Assembly: GCA_937890355.1 (NCBI GenBank)
Contig: CALACW010000133.1
Coordinates: 8,030-72,029 of the forward strand
Length of the DNA: 64,000 bases
Direction: 5' to 3'
Source of the DNA: an uncultured Clostridia bacterium
GTDB taxonomy: Bacteria; Bacillota; Clostridia; Oscillospirales; Acutalibacteraceae
Program-made: the position numbers and the translations under genes
The notes under the pieces: generated by a model
Told to the model about the DNA's origin: nothing
Databases searched by the model: none
What the model saw: the letters and a program-made list of their open reading frames with translations, nothing else
Shown: one piece after another, positions 33,805 through 43,355 of the stretch
Layout: each line of letters begins with the position of its first letter
Position numbering within the stretch: the first letter of the stretch is position 1

Positions 33805-35403
33805 TTATTTCTTTTTCTTTTTCAAATTATTCCCGGGAATATCGCCGATATCAGCCTCAGCCTCTTCTACAAGTGCTTCATCAACCTCGATTGCTTCGCC
33901 GGTTGCATCGGCAGCTACGCCGGCAGCGAGTTTTCTCGCCTCAACCTCGGCAACCATCTCAGCCTGTTTCTTCTCAGTAATCTTATAGAAAAACATCGGA
34001 ACCGCACACGCGAACATACTTATTACGCCCGAGAGAACAAGAAGGTTCCAAAGAAGATCCTTGCCGTCCGCGGTAATGTAAACGCCGTTTGCAGCCTCGG
34101 GGTTAATTCCCGCCCACGAGTATGAGAATACGCCGATGAATGCGCCGAGAGCCATACCGATTTTGTTGATAAGGGTCTGCATAGCAAAGCAGATTCCCTC
34201 GCCTCTCTCGCCTGTTTTCCACTCAAGATAGTCAACGGTATCGCCTATCATTGCGTAGGTGATGATGTTGTTAACGCCCTGGGGGATTCCGAGAAGGACG
34301 AGTCCGATTGCTGCGACAATAAGTTTCCACGTTGCGTCATAGCCTACAAAGTACATAACGGTCATTACGACACCGCCGAAAAGATGAACTACAATGTATG
34401 TCCATTTCTTCGTAAACTTCTTAGACATCCAGGGAACGAGCACGGAAGCTACAAGTCCGCCGGGAACAACGAGAAGGGTGATAAGACTGTAAAGTCCCTC
34501 ATTATTAAGAACATACTTTGCGAAATAAAGTCCGCCCGTATAAGTATAAACCATTCTTGCGCCGCCGAGTATACCCGAAAGAACGATGAGAAGAAGCTGT
34601 TTATTCTTGAATAAAAGTTTAAGGTTATGTCCGAGTGAGGGAGGAGTTGCAGTCGTTGTGTAACGCTCCTTGGTATTCTTGAATCCGTAGAAGAACATGG
34701 GAACCGCAAGAACGACGCAGACAAGAGCGCAGATGAAGTATGTCCATTTAAGTGTATTTGCATTCTGATAAATATACTGAGGATCTACTACACCCTCGGG
34801 AGTTTTATACTTCGCGGTGACAGCTGACGTGATAATAGGTACAAAAACCGTGACGATACCTGCGCCGAGCGTACATACGAGACGGGCAACGGTAAGGATA
34901 TTACCGCGGACAACGGTATCGTTCGTCATACATGTGGAAAGTCCCCAGTAAGGAACGTCGGCTACTGTGTATACCATACTCCAAATAACATATATAACTG
35001 AAATAATAACAAACGTAGAAGTTTTCTGTGCGGGAAGGAACGGAGCAAAGCATGCAATTGTTACTACTGCAATGGGTATTGCCATCCATTTAAGATAAGG
35101 TCTGCACTTACCCCATTTTGTACGGGTTTTATCGACAATACTGCCCATAATCGGGTCGTTCATGGCATCATAAACTCGCGTGCCAAGCATAAGATACGCA
35201 ACCGCCATAGTGCCCGAAACGGCGCCGATGGTTACATTGCCTCCGAACAGCAGAGCATCGGTCATGAAAACCGTAAGATACGAACCGATAATCGTACAAA
35301 TAAGATTTTGACCGAATCCGGTTACTGAATAAGCGATAGCTTCTTTAGGCTGAACGCCCTTTCCGGGCGTGGTGCCGAAAAGCTTGTGAAGAAATTTATT
35401 CAT
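33805..35403 (-). CDS. glycoside-pentoside-hexuronide (GPH):cation symporter family MFS transporter
   Basis: GPH signature DAMNDPIMGSIVDKTRTKWGKCRPY and about 12 TM segments. An unusual Ala/Glu-rich C-terminal extension ends in KKKKK. Confidence 0.85.
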   Translation of the reverse strand: MNKFLHKLFGTTPGKGVQPKEAIAYSVTGFGQNLICTIIGSYLTVFMTDALLFGGNVTIGAVSGTMAVAYLMLGTRVYDAMNDPIMGSIVDKTRTKWGKCRPYLKWMAIPIAVVTIACFAPFLPAQKTSTFVIISVIYVIWSMVYTVADVPYWGLSTCMTNDTVVRGNILTVARLVCTLGAGIVTVFVPIITSAVTAKYKTPEGVVDPQYIYQNANTLKWTYFICALVCVVLAVPMFFYGFKNTKERYTTTATPPSLGHNLKLLFKNKQLLLIVLSGILGGARMVYTYTGGLYFAKYVLNNEGLYSLITLLVVPGGLVASVLVPWMSKKFTKKWTYIVVHLFGGVVMTVMYFVGYDATWKLIVAAIGLVLLGIPQGVNNIITYAMIGDTVDYLEWKTGERGEGICFAMQTLINKIGMALGAFIGVFSYSWAGINPEAANGVYITADGKDLLWNLLVLSGVISMFACAVPMFFYKITEKKQAEMVAEVEARKLAAGVAADATGEAIEVDEALVEEAEADIGDIPGNNLKKKKK

Positions 35404-35545
35404 TCACGTCATCCTTTCGTTGTTTATGGGTATATAATAGCACAACACGACAGATAATTTCAATATTTTTTTAGACTTTTGTACATTTTTTTGGTTTATT
35501 CATAAATTATATATGTATATACGATAAAAAAATTGATTTTTCCTA

Positions 35546-35574
35546 TTGCAAACTACGGAAATATATATTATAAT
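35546..35574 (+). promoter_or_regulatory. sigma-A promoter of the SRP RNA gene
   Basis: TTGCAA (35546-35551), 17 nt, TATAAT (35569-35574). Confidence 0.65.
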
Positions 35575-35597
35575 ATACACCGTTAAATAAAGTTCAA

Positions 35598-35722
35598 TTT
35601 CTGTCATGCGGCGTGTTGGTCCTGTGCGGCGGAGCGCCGTGAACCATGTCAGGCGGGGAACCGAGCAGCATTAAGCGGTATGCCCGTGCGTTACAGTTCG
35701 CCTGCACGCCGTGTGACAGAGG
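35598..35722 (+). ncRNA. ffs: signal recognition particle RNA (small, 4.5S-type)
   Basis: The domain IV core GTCAGG-CGG-GGAA-CCG-AGCAGC has a GGAA tetraloop and conserved asymmetric and symmetric loop bases. The long terminal helix pairs CTGTCATGCGGCGTG with CACGCCGTGTGACAG, and a T8 run follows. The position directly upstream of dnaX is the conserved Firmicute synteny. Confidence 0.85.
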
Positions 35723-35807
35723 TTGAATTTTTTTTAAATCTTATTATATATACTACATATTTTATCTATAAATTATACATTCAATTTTGCATTCGGGGAG
35801 AATCGGC

Positions 35808-37688
35808 ATGTACAAGGTACTATACAGAAAATGGAGGCCTCAGACTTTTACCGACGTTGTCGGACAGACGCATATTACCGAAACACTGATGAACGAAGTC
35901 AGGGAAAACCGCCTTGCTCATGCATATCTGTTCACGGGTACGCGCGGAACCGGCAAAACCTCATGCGCAAAAATCCTATCGAAAGCGATAAACTGCCTTC
36001 ATCCTGTAAACGGCAACCCGTGCAATGAGTGCGAGATATGCAGGGGCATAGACAACGGCTCCGTCATGGATGTAGTAGAGATTGACGCGGCGAGTAACAG
36101 AGGTATCGAGGATATCAGGGCTTTAAGGGACGAATCCGCATTTTCACCCGCACAGGCAAAATACCGCGTTTATATTATAGACGAGGTTCACATGCTCACG
36201 ATTGAGGCGTTCAACGCACTGTTAAAAACGCTTGAGGAACCGCCCGAGCACGTTAAGTTTATTCTTGCAACAACGGAAGTTCAGAAACTCCCCTCCACCA
36301 TTCTGTCGCGCTGTCAGCGTTTCGATTTCAGACGAATTGAGTCTGAGGATATTGCCGACAGACTGACATATGTGTGCGCTCACGAGGACGCTCAGCTTAC
36401 CCGCGATGCCGCCATGCTTATTGCCAGAATTTCAGACGGCGGAATGCGCGACGCGCTCTCACTGCTTGACAGATGCCTTAGTATCACGAGAAACGTCGAT
36501 GCGTCTGTCGTAACCGATGCCGCCGGCATAATGAACAGAAGTTATCTTCTCAATATGGCACGCGCATTTAAAGAGCATGATTCGTCAAAAGCACTCTCGC
36601 TAATCGACGAGCTTCACAAATCTTCATGCGACGCGGAAAGACTCTGTTCGGAGCTTACAAACTATTTCAGAAATATTCTTATTATAAAGACATCTAAAAA
36701 ACCGCAGGATATTATTATTGCAACTGATGAAGAAATTGCAGAGCTCAAAGATATTTCATCTGAATTTTCTCCTGCTGAGATATTTAATATACTTAATATT
36801 TTAAACGAGGCTTCCTCTGCGGTAAAAAGAACTCAAAACAAACGTATTGAGGCGGAAATGGCAGTTATAAAAATCTGCGCGCCCGAGATGAATTCAGATT
36901 CGTCCGCTCTTATTTCGAGAATAGAAACACTCGAAAAGCAGCTGGCACAGCTTAGTACAAATCCCCCCGCGGTTATACCGAACCGTCAGGTTATACAACC
37001 GGCAATAAAAGAGCAGACCTGTATTAAACCTGTCTTAAAAAACGACGAAAAAAGCGTTCCGGCGCCGGAACCCGCCTCTTCTGCGCAGAAAGAAACTAAA
37101 AACGAACCTTTACCGTTTGAGAATGCGCCGAGTGAGGATGTTCAGCGTCCGTTTGACGGTTTTTCCGAAGAGGATAACCCGTCTCTTCCGTTTGACGATA
37201 TCCCCGTACCGGATGAGGAACCGCTTCCGTTTGATGCTGACGTTTTTCCTTCCGATGATTCCGGCAGCGAGGTTCTCCCGTTTGACGGAAATGAAACTAA
37301 TGCCGATTCGTTTGATATAAACACCCTGCCGTTTGACGATGATTCGGGAGATTATGAAGACGATTCGATTTTTTCAGACGGCAATGATGACGCAATTCCG
37401 TTTGATTCAAACGCTCCCGCTCAGACGATTCCGTCCGTAAGACCGTCAGGCGACGACATGAAAATTTGGACGAATATTATAATGGAATGCGAACGGACGT
37501 GCAAACCGCTTATAGGAATGCTTTTAAACACAACGGCGGTTATCAACGGAAATGTTATCACCGTAGACAACTACAACCATCTTCTGCCGTCGCTTTTAAC
37601 GCAAAAAGTTTTTTCCGACGCGATAAAAAAAGCGGCAAAAAACGTAACGGGTATTGACTTTGATGTCAGACTGGCAGATAATAGATAA
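35808..37688 (+). CDS. dnaX: DNA polymerase III subunit tau (gamma/tau)
   Basis: YRKWRPQTF, GTRGTGKTS Walker A, a Cys-rich zinc module CLHPVNGNPCNECEIC, DEVHML, and sensor SRCQRF. ATG 35808 has GGGGAG 8 nt upstream. The C-terminal region contains an acidic (L/I)PFD repeat array. Confidence 0.95.
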   Translation: MYKVLYRKWRPQTFTDVVGQTHITETLMNEVRENRLAHAYLFTGTRGTGKTSCAKILSKAINCLHPVNGNPCNECEICRGIDNGSVMDVVEIDAASNRGIEDIRALRDESAFSPAQAKYRVYIIDEVHMLTIEAFNALLKTLEEPPEHVKFILATTEVQKLPSTILSRCQRFDFRRIESEDIADRLTYVCAHEDAQLTRDAAMLIARISDGGMRDALSLLDRCLSITRNVDASVVTDAAGIMNRSYLLNMARAFKEHDSSKALSLIDELHKSSCDAERLCSELTNYFRNILIIKTSKKPQDIIIATDEEIAELKDISSEFSPAEIFNILNILNEASSAVKRTQNKRIEAEMAVIKICAPEMNSDSSALISRIETLEKQLAQLSTNPPAVIPNRQVIQPAIKEQTCIKPVLKNDEKSVPAPEPASSAQKETKNEPLPFENAPSEDVQRPFDGFSEEDNPSLPFDDIPVPDEEPLPFDADVFPSDDSGSEVLPFDGNETNADSFDINTLPFDDDSGDYEDDSIFSDGNDDAIPFDSNAPAQTIPSVRPSGDDMKIWTNIIMECERTCKPLIGMLLNTTAVINGNVITVDNYNHLLPSLLTQKVFSDAIKKAAKNVTGIDFDVRLADNR

Positions 37689-37722
37689 AAAATAAAAGTA
37701 CATTTATTTAATTCGGAGGTTT

Positions 37723-38067
37723 ATGATGAAAGCAAGAATCCCCAATCAGAACAAGGGAAACATGATGCAAAAAATACAGAAAATGCAGGAGGATATGGCT
37801 CGCATTCAGACCGAGGTTGAGGAAACCGAGTTCACAGCAAGCGCGGGAGGCGGAGCGGTTGAGGTTACCGTTACCGGCAAACATGAGGTTAAGGCTGTTA
37901 ACATCAAACCCGAGGTCGTTGACCCTGAGGATATCGAAATGCTTGAGGATCTTCTTATAGCTTCTCTCAATGAGGCTATAAGAAAAGCAAGCGACGCAAT
38001 GGACAACGAAATGGGCAAGGTTACCGGCGGATTCAATATTCCCGGAATGCCCGGCGGTCTTTTCTGA
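37723..38067 (+). CDS. ybaB: YbaB/EbfC-family nucleoid-associated protein
   Basis: 114 aa. NMMQKIQKMQEDMARIQTEVEETEFTASAGGGAVEVTVTGKHEV. Conserved position between dnaX and recR. Confidence 0.9.
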   Translation: MMKARIPNQNKGNMMQKIQKMQEDMARIQTEVEETEFTASAGGGAVEVTVTGKHEVKAVNIKPEVVDPEDIEMLEDLLIASLNEAIRKASDAMDNEMGKVTGGFNIPGMPGGLF

Positions 38068-38073
38068 TAAATT

Positions 38074-38673
38074 ATGAATTATAACGTTATACCGCTTCAA
38101 AAACTGACCGAGCAGTTTGAGCGAATGCCCGGAATCGGCAGAAAAACAGCCCAGAGACTTTCTTTTTACATTCTGTCTCTGCCTAAGGAAGAAGCGAAAA
38201 AAATTTCATCCGCGATAAACGACGCCGTCGAAAAAATTCACAGATGCGCGCTTTGTTGTAATCTTACGGAGGACGAACTGTGCCCCATATGCTCAAGCGA
38301 CTTAAGAGACAAAACGACTATCTGCGTAGTTGAGGACTCGCAGGATCTTTTGGCGATTGAAAAAACGGGAACATACAAGGGCGTTTATCACGTTCTGCAC
38401 GGCGCAATATCACCCCTTGACGGAATAGGTCCCGATCAGCTTACGGTACGCGAACTTTTAGCGCGCGTCGCGGGCGAAAACGTCAGCGAGGTTATCCTCG
38501 CAACAAATTCCGATATCGAGGGCGAAGCCACCGCCATGTATATCGCGAAACTGATTAAGCCTTTTAATGTAAAAACTACGCGTCTCGCGTTCGGTATTCC
38601 CGTAGGCTCCGACCTGCAGTATGCCGACGGAGTTACGCTTTCAAAAGCTCTGGAGGGCAGACAGTCTCTCTGA
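38074..38673 (+). CDS. recR: recombination protein RecR
   Basis: HhH (LPGIGRKTAQRL), C4 zinc finger CALCCNLTEDELCPIC, and a Toprim domain (ICVVEDSQD...ILATNSDIEGEATA). Confidence 0.95.
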   Translation: MNYNVIPLQKLTEQFERMPGIGRKTAQRLSFYILSLPKEEAKKISSAINDAVEKIHRCALCCNLTEDELCPICSSDLRDKTTICVVEDSQDLLAIEKTGTYKGVYHVLHGAISPLDGIGPDQLTVRELLARVAGENVSEVILATNSDIEGEATAMYIAKLIKPFNVKTTRLAFGIPVGSDLQYADGVTLSKALEGRQSL

Positions 38674-38701
38674 TATTTTATATTTTACAGGAGGAATAGA
38701 C

Positions 38702-40300
38702 ATGGATAACAAATACGCCATTACGTACGACATCGGAACGACCGGAGTCAAAACATGCGTTTTTGAACTTTCCGACAAGGTAAAACTTCTCGGAGCAGCC
38801 TCCGCCGGTTACAAACTTTACATTCTCCCCGACGGAGGTGCCGAACAGGATCCCGACGAGTGGTGGGACGCTATGTGCTCTACCACAAAAACAGCTTTAA
38901 AAAAAGCAAAAATAAAAGCTAGGGATATAGAGGGTATTTCATTCTGCTCGCAGATGCAGGGACTCGTTCTCGTCGACAAAGACGGCAAACCCGTACGCAG
39001 AGCAATGAGCTATATGGATCAGCGCGCAAGAGACGAGCTTAAAAAGGGAATGGCTCACGGCGTTCAGATAGCGGGCGCGAGCGTTCCCAAACTTTTAAAA
39101 TCACTTTACTACACCGGTGCGGTTTCATCCTCTGTAAAGGATCCCGTTTGGAAGTACAAATGGGTTGAGGCTCATGAGCCCGAAGTTTTCGCAAAGGCAC
39201 ACAAATGGCTTGACGTTAAGGAAGCTCTCATTGCCAGAATGACAGGCAATTTCATCATGACGTCCGACTCTGCGTTCGGCACTCTCCTTTATGATATAAG
39301 AGACGGAAAACACGACTGGGCCATGCCTATTGTAGACATGATAGGCGTTAAACACGAACACCTTGCACGTATTATAAAATCAACCGACAAAGCGGGCGTT
39401 TTGTCCGAGACAGCGGCAAAAGAGCTCGGACTCGAACCCGGCACCGCAGTATTCGGAGGAGGCGGAGACGCTTCTCTTATCGGAGTCGGCGCAGGTGCGG
39501 TCGGTCTTCACGACACACATATTTATCAAGGAACCTCCGGCTGGGTTTCAACCGTTGTCGAGAAAAGCATGGTTGACACATCGGCTATGATAGCCGCTAT
39601 CGTCGGTGCCGACAGCAACTCGTTTAATTATTTTGCAGAACTTGAGACCGCGGGCAAATGCCTCGAATGGGTCAAGGATCATCTTGCGCTCGACGAAATC
39701 GGCATTTATCTTAAGAAAGAACATGTCGCGGAGGGCTACGAAGCGCAGTACACAAGCCTTTACGACTACATGTCATACATAATCAATCAGGTTCCCGCAG
39801 GAAGCAACGGAGTTATTTTCACCCCCTGGCTTCACGGTAACCGCTGCCCGTTCGAGGATCCCAACGCACGCGGAATGTTCTTCAATTTAAGTCTCGAAAC
39901 AGGCAAATCCGAGATTATCCGTTCCGTTGTCGAGGGAGTATGCTATCATCTGAGATGGTTCCTCGAAACCGAAGAGAAAAAGACAAAGACATCCGACGCT
40001 ATCCGTTTTGTAGGCGGCGGAGCTCTGTCAAAAGTAACGTGTCAGATTCTCTCTGACATCCTCGGCAGAAAAATTGAAACTGTCGACAACCCGCAGAATG
40101 TCGGCGCAGTCGGCGCAGCGGTAGTTGTTGCGTGCGGACTCGGACTTATAAAGGATATAACCGAGGCTAAAAAGCTCATTCCTGCAACGGACGTTTTCTA
40201 CCCCAACAAAGCAAATCACAAAATATACAATAAGTATTTCAACGTCTACAAAGAGCTTTATAACTCAAACAAGAAGAATTTTGCAGCCCTCAACGGCTGA
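38702..40300 (+). CDS. FGGY-family carbohydrate kinase (xylulokinase-like)
   Basis: YDIGTTGVKT, GGGDASLIGVGAG, FVGGGALS. ATG 38702 follows AGGAGG. The track start at 38621 overlaps recR. Confidence 0.85.
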   Translation: MDNKYAITYDIGTTGVKTCVFELSDKVKLLGAASAGYKLYILPDGGAEQDPDEWWDAMCSTTKTALKKAKIKARDIEGISFCSQMQGLVLVDKDGKPVRRAMSYMDQRARDELKKGMAHGVQIAGASVPKLLKSLYYTGAVSSSVKDPVWKYKWVEAHEPEVFAKAHKWLDVKEALIARMTGNFIMTSDSAFGTLLYDIRDGKHDWAMPIVDMIGVKHEHLARIIKSTDKAGVLSETAAKELGLEPGTAVFGGGGDASLIGVGAGAVGLHDTHIYQGTSGWVSTVVEKSMVDTSAMIAAIVGADSNSFNYFAELETAGKCLEWVKDHLALDEIGIYLKKEHVAEGYEAQYTSLYDYMSYIINQVPAGSNGVIFTPWLHGNRCPFEDPNARGMFFNLSLETGKSEIIRSVVEGVCYHLRWFLETEEKKTKTSDAIRFVGGGALSKVTCQILSDILGRKIETVDNPQNVGAVGAAVVVACGLGLIKDITEAKKLIPATDVFYPNKANHKIYNKYFNVYKELYNSNKKNFAALNG

Positions 40301-40320
40301 GTTCGAAAGGAATTCCTTAA

Positions 40321-41235
40321 ATGATAGATATTACAACCGCTTTTAACATTGTATATAAGGGCATCGACCCCGAAATGAACAAATACGGATTCACCGCCTC
40401 TGCGCCCGATGCGCTTAAGAATGGGGAAACTCCCCTTTTCACCCGCGATAAATCAAACTATCTTGAGTATAAAGGTGACAAGGGAACGGTACGCATCCTG
40501 TTTAATGAAAACAAATTCCGTTTTCTCTCGGGAGACGCCGACGCTTCGAGCACGGACGACAGTGATTTTAAACTTGTTTCGAGTTATCTGTTCGTTCCCG
40601 ACGAATATGACGAAAAAGACGTCCGCTCCATCGTCAACGAGATTATCGAAAATCTCTATGAAACATACAGCAAAAAAGCCATGGCGAAAAAGCAGGCTTC
40701 CGACATAAAAGCTCAGGCAACCGTTACAAAATCACAGGTCAAGAGCGGTTCGCTTCTCTATGACAGCGCGACTCTTGCCGTCAGACTTTCGGCGATTTAT
40801 CCCGAATTAAAGGATTATTATAAAGAAAACATCGCCGAATACGGAGAGTTTTTATGTGAAGAATTCTTCAATGACAAGGCGGCTCCGCTTATTATCAACA
40901 CAATAAAGCAGAACGACCAGCAGAAGATGAAAAAATTATTCTCGGTTTTAAATGAGATATATAACGACGGCTCAAACGAGGTTCAGGACGTAATCGCGGT
41001 TACGATTCTCGGCAAACTTAACAATGATACCGAGCTCATGCACCGCATTCTCCCCTATCTCGGAGAAACCATGCTTGAACCCGTTATGCTTGTAAACAAG
41101 TATCTTTCAAAATCGAAGAGCGCAAGAATGAGACTCGAAAATCCGCCGAAATATAAGCCTAAGAAAAAGAAAAAGAGCGGCGGACTTATGAGTACGCTCA
41201 TGGGCGGCGGCCAGGGCGGAAATATGCCCATGTAA
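40321..41235 (+). CDS. hypothetical protein (no motif recognised; Lys-rich then Gly/Met-rich C-terminal tail)
   Basis: 304-aa ORF with coding-like composition, ending in PKYKPKKKKKSGGLMSTLMGGGQGGNMPM. Confidence 0.5.
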   Translation: MIDITTAFNIVYKGIDPEMNKYGFTASAPDALKNGETPLFTRDKSNYLEYKGDKGTVRILFNENKFRFLSGDADASSTDDSDFKLVSSYLFVPDEYDEKDVRSIVNEIIENLYETYSKKAMAKKQASDIKAQATVTKSQVKSGSLLYDSATLAVRLSAIYPELKDYYKENIAEYGEFLCEEFFNDKAAPLIINTIKQNDQQKMKKLFSVLNEIYNDGSNEVQDVIAVTILGKLNNDTELMHRILPYLGETMLEPVMLVNKYLSKSKSARMRLENPPKYKPKKKKKSGGLMSTLMGGGQGGNMPM

Positions 41236-41247
41236 AGGCGAGAAATC

Positions 41248-41282
41248 AATCAGACAGCATATGACCTGTCTGATTTTTTTCA
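41248..41282 (+). terminator. rho-independent terminator
   Basis: AATCAGACAG-loop-CTGTCTGATT followed by T7. Confidence 0.8.
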
Positions 41283-41453
41283 TATTTAATGCGTTTTATC
41301 GGATAAAAAACAGTTAAACTTTCATTTGTTTAGTTTTAACAATTTTTTAAACTCATTTTACCATTGTTTTTAATGATTTAACTTTTTGTTCATATTTAAT
41401 TAACCACTTTGCATATATTCAACCGTTATAATTAAAGAAAAATTAAAACGGAT

Positions 41454-43112
41454 GTGATAATTATGTTACCTCCAGCAGGTGAAAACAACTGTTATGAGTT
41501 TTTAAAACTCTGTACGGGTATATATAAGGACGTTGATATGATGCAGCATTTCTCCGTCCGTTATAAAAGGAGCAGAATTTTTAAAGACATCGACGCGTTA
41601 AGCGGATATTTTCAAAAAAAACTCGGTCTTAAAGAGGGCGATGTTTATACGGTTTTCATGCCGACTACTGTTCAGGGAATCATTGCTTTTTACGCGCTTA
41701 ACAGCATCGGCGTTATTGTAAATTTCGTTCATCCGCTGATGTCCACTGAGTTTTTGAAAGAGACGCTTGAGGATGTAAATGCTAAGGGCGTTATGGTGCT
41801 CGATATTCTCTCGAAAGACCACGTAAAAACAATAAATGACAGCGGACTCCCCTGTCTTATATGCCGTTCATCGGACTATTCCGAGGGTATAAAAAAATTC
41901 GGGACAAGCATCGGCGAAAATATTGCAAAAGCCGTTTTTCCGAAATTCAAAAATGCAACATATTATAAAGACGCGCTCGCGGTAAATCTCATTCCAGAAC
42001 CGCTTACAAACAACTGCGATACTCCCGCCGTCTATCTTAACGGAGGCGGAACAACGGGCAAAAGCAAGACAATAAAACTTACATCCCGTGCTATAAACGA
42101 ACTTACATCGAGAGTGTCTGAAATTGACGAAATTCATATTCCCGGAGAAGAGGCGGAAATAATAGTCCTGCCCATGTTCCACTGTTTCGGACTGATAATT
42201 GCAATTCATATGGCTCTGTGCAATTCGGCCAGAATTATTCCGATGATGCAGTTCGACGCTAAACTTTTCAATAAATTAATGAGAAAAAATCTCATTGTCG
42301 GATTCGGGGGAATTCCGCTTATGTTCGAAAAGCTTATGAGAGAAAAACATTTCGACGGACCGTGGCTTAAAAACGTCAGAATGATGTTCTGCGGAGGCGA
42401 CGATATCAGCGACGATTTCCTCGATACATTCAACTCTTATTTTGAAAAATGGGGCGCTCCCGGACGCTTAAGACAGGGTTACGGTCTCACCGAAATCGGC
42501 TCCGTATGCTGTACGACAACAAACACCGACTATAAGCGCGGTTCCATCGGCAAACCGCTGAACGGAATCAGAGTCGAAATATGGGATGATGACCATAACG
42601 AACTTCCCGCCGGGGAAATCGGCGAAATTGCCGTTTCCGGTCCTACCATAATGAGCGGATATTACACAAAGGACGGTCCCGAAGACCTCGGACTTTATAA
42701 GGATAAGGACGGCGTAAAATGGGTTCTTTCGGGCGATCTTGCCTATAAAGACAAGGACGGTTATCTGTTTTTCTCAGGCAGAAAGAAAAGAGTTATAATT
42801 ATTTCGGGTTATAACGTTTATCCGAACGATATTGAGAAAAAAGTCGGCGAACTTGATTATATAAAGGACGTATGTGCCGTTCAGGGCTGGCAGAACGACC
42901 GCTCTATCGTAAGACTTTATGTTTCTCTTAAAAAGAATGTTGACAAAGCACAGTGCGAAAGCGAAATAAGACAGCTTTGTGAAAATAATTTCTCTAAATT
43001 CTACATTCCCAGGGAAATAGTATTCTTAAATGAGCTTCCTCAGACTCCGCTTATGAAAGTCGATTTCATGAAATTAAGTCAGATGAAGCCGAACGATCCG
43101 ATATACAAATAA
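41454..43112 (+). CDS. AMP-dependent acyl-CoA synthetase/ligase, paralog 2 (first gene of the OFOR operon)
   Basis: YLNGGGTTGKSKTIKLT, YGLTE, SGDLAYKDKDGYLFFSGRKKRVII. It is clearly similar to the 24071..25744 product (for example IIAFYALNSIGVIVNFVHPL versus FIAFYALNKLGIIANFVHPL). The start is ambiguous: GTG 41454 or ATG 41463. Confidence 0.85.
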   Translation: MIIMLPPAGENNCYEFLKLCTGIYKDVDMMQHFSVRYKRSRIFKDIDALSGYFQKKLGLKEGDVYTVFMPTTVQGIIAFYALNSIGVIVNFVHPLMSTEFLKETLEDVNAKGVMVLDILSKDHVKTINDSGLPCLICRSSDYSEGIKKFGTSIGENIAKAVFPKFKNATYYKDALAVNLIPEPLTNNCDTPAVYLNGGGTTGKSKTIKLTSRAINELTSRVSEIDEIHIPGEEAEIIVLPMFHCFGLIIAIHMALCNSARIIPMMQFDAKLFNKLMRKNLIVGFGGIPLMFEKLMREKHFDGPWLKNVRMMFCGGDDISDDFLDTFNSYFEKWGAPGRLRQGYGLTEIGSVCCTTTNTDYKRGSIGKPLNGIRVEIWDDDHNELPAGEIGEIAVSGPTIMSGYYTKDGPEDLGLYKDKDGVKWVLSGDLAYKDKDGYLFFSGRKKRVIIISGYNVYPNDIEKKVGELDYIKDVCAVQGWQNDRSIVRLYVSLKKNVDKAQCESEIRQLCENNFSKFYIPREIVFLNELPQTPLMKVDFMKLSQMKPNDPIYK

Positions 43113-43147
43113 AAGAATAAACAGAAAATGAAGGAGATGTTCTTGAC

Positions 43148-43354
43148 ATGTTAAGGATTAACTCATATTTATGCAAGAGCTGCGGTTACTGCATAAAATT
43201 CTGTCCCAGGCAAATCCTCAATATGAGCGGCGAACGAAACAAACGCGGATTCTTTTACCCCTCTCTTACCGACAGCGACAAATGTCTGTCATGCGCAATA
43301 TGCGCGTCGGTATGTCCGGAGGGCGCGATAGAACTTAACGGGGAGGATGAGTAA
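43148..43354 (+). CDS. 4Fe-4S ferredoxin-type delta subunit of 2-oxoacid:ferredoxin oxidoreductase
   Basis: Two cluster motifs, CKSCGYCIKFCP and CLSCAICASVCP. 68 aa. Confidence 0.85.
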   Translation: MLRINSYLCKSCGYCIKFCPRQILNMSGERNKRGFFYPSLTDSDKCLSCAICASVCPEGAIELNGEDE

Positions 43355-43355
43355 A

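Noticed and set aside
35680-35889. ORF 35680..35889 (+), and the extended 35787 start of dnaX.
   Set aside because: The first overlaps the 3' half of the SRP RNA and the dnaX leader. The dnaX RBS (GGGGAG) is positioned for ATG 35808.
36691-36711. A-rich tract TCT AAA AAA CCG in dnaX, considered as a possible gamma/tau programmed frameshift or transcriptional slippage site.
   Set aside because: It does not fit the A AAA AAG heptamer in the correct phase. It is only six As, with no obvious downstream stem-loop. Firmicutes generally make only tau.
37117-37324. The periodic CCGTTTGA repeats in 37106..37410, considered as a CRISPR-like or other non-coding repeat array. ORFs 37117..37320 (+) and 37142..37324 (-) lie here too.
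   Set aside because: The units are only 8-9 nt with variable spacing, and they lie in-frame within dnaX encoding P-F-D/E. The overlapping ORFs are artefacts of the low-complexity coding repeat.
41279-41400. Direct repeat TTCATATTTAAT at ~41279 and ~41389 in the ligase/OFOR operon leader.
   Set aside because: It is a 12-nt AT-rich match in an AT-rich intergenic region, so chance is a sufficient explanation. I saw no accompanying structure.
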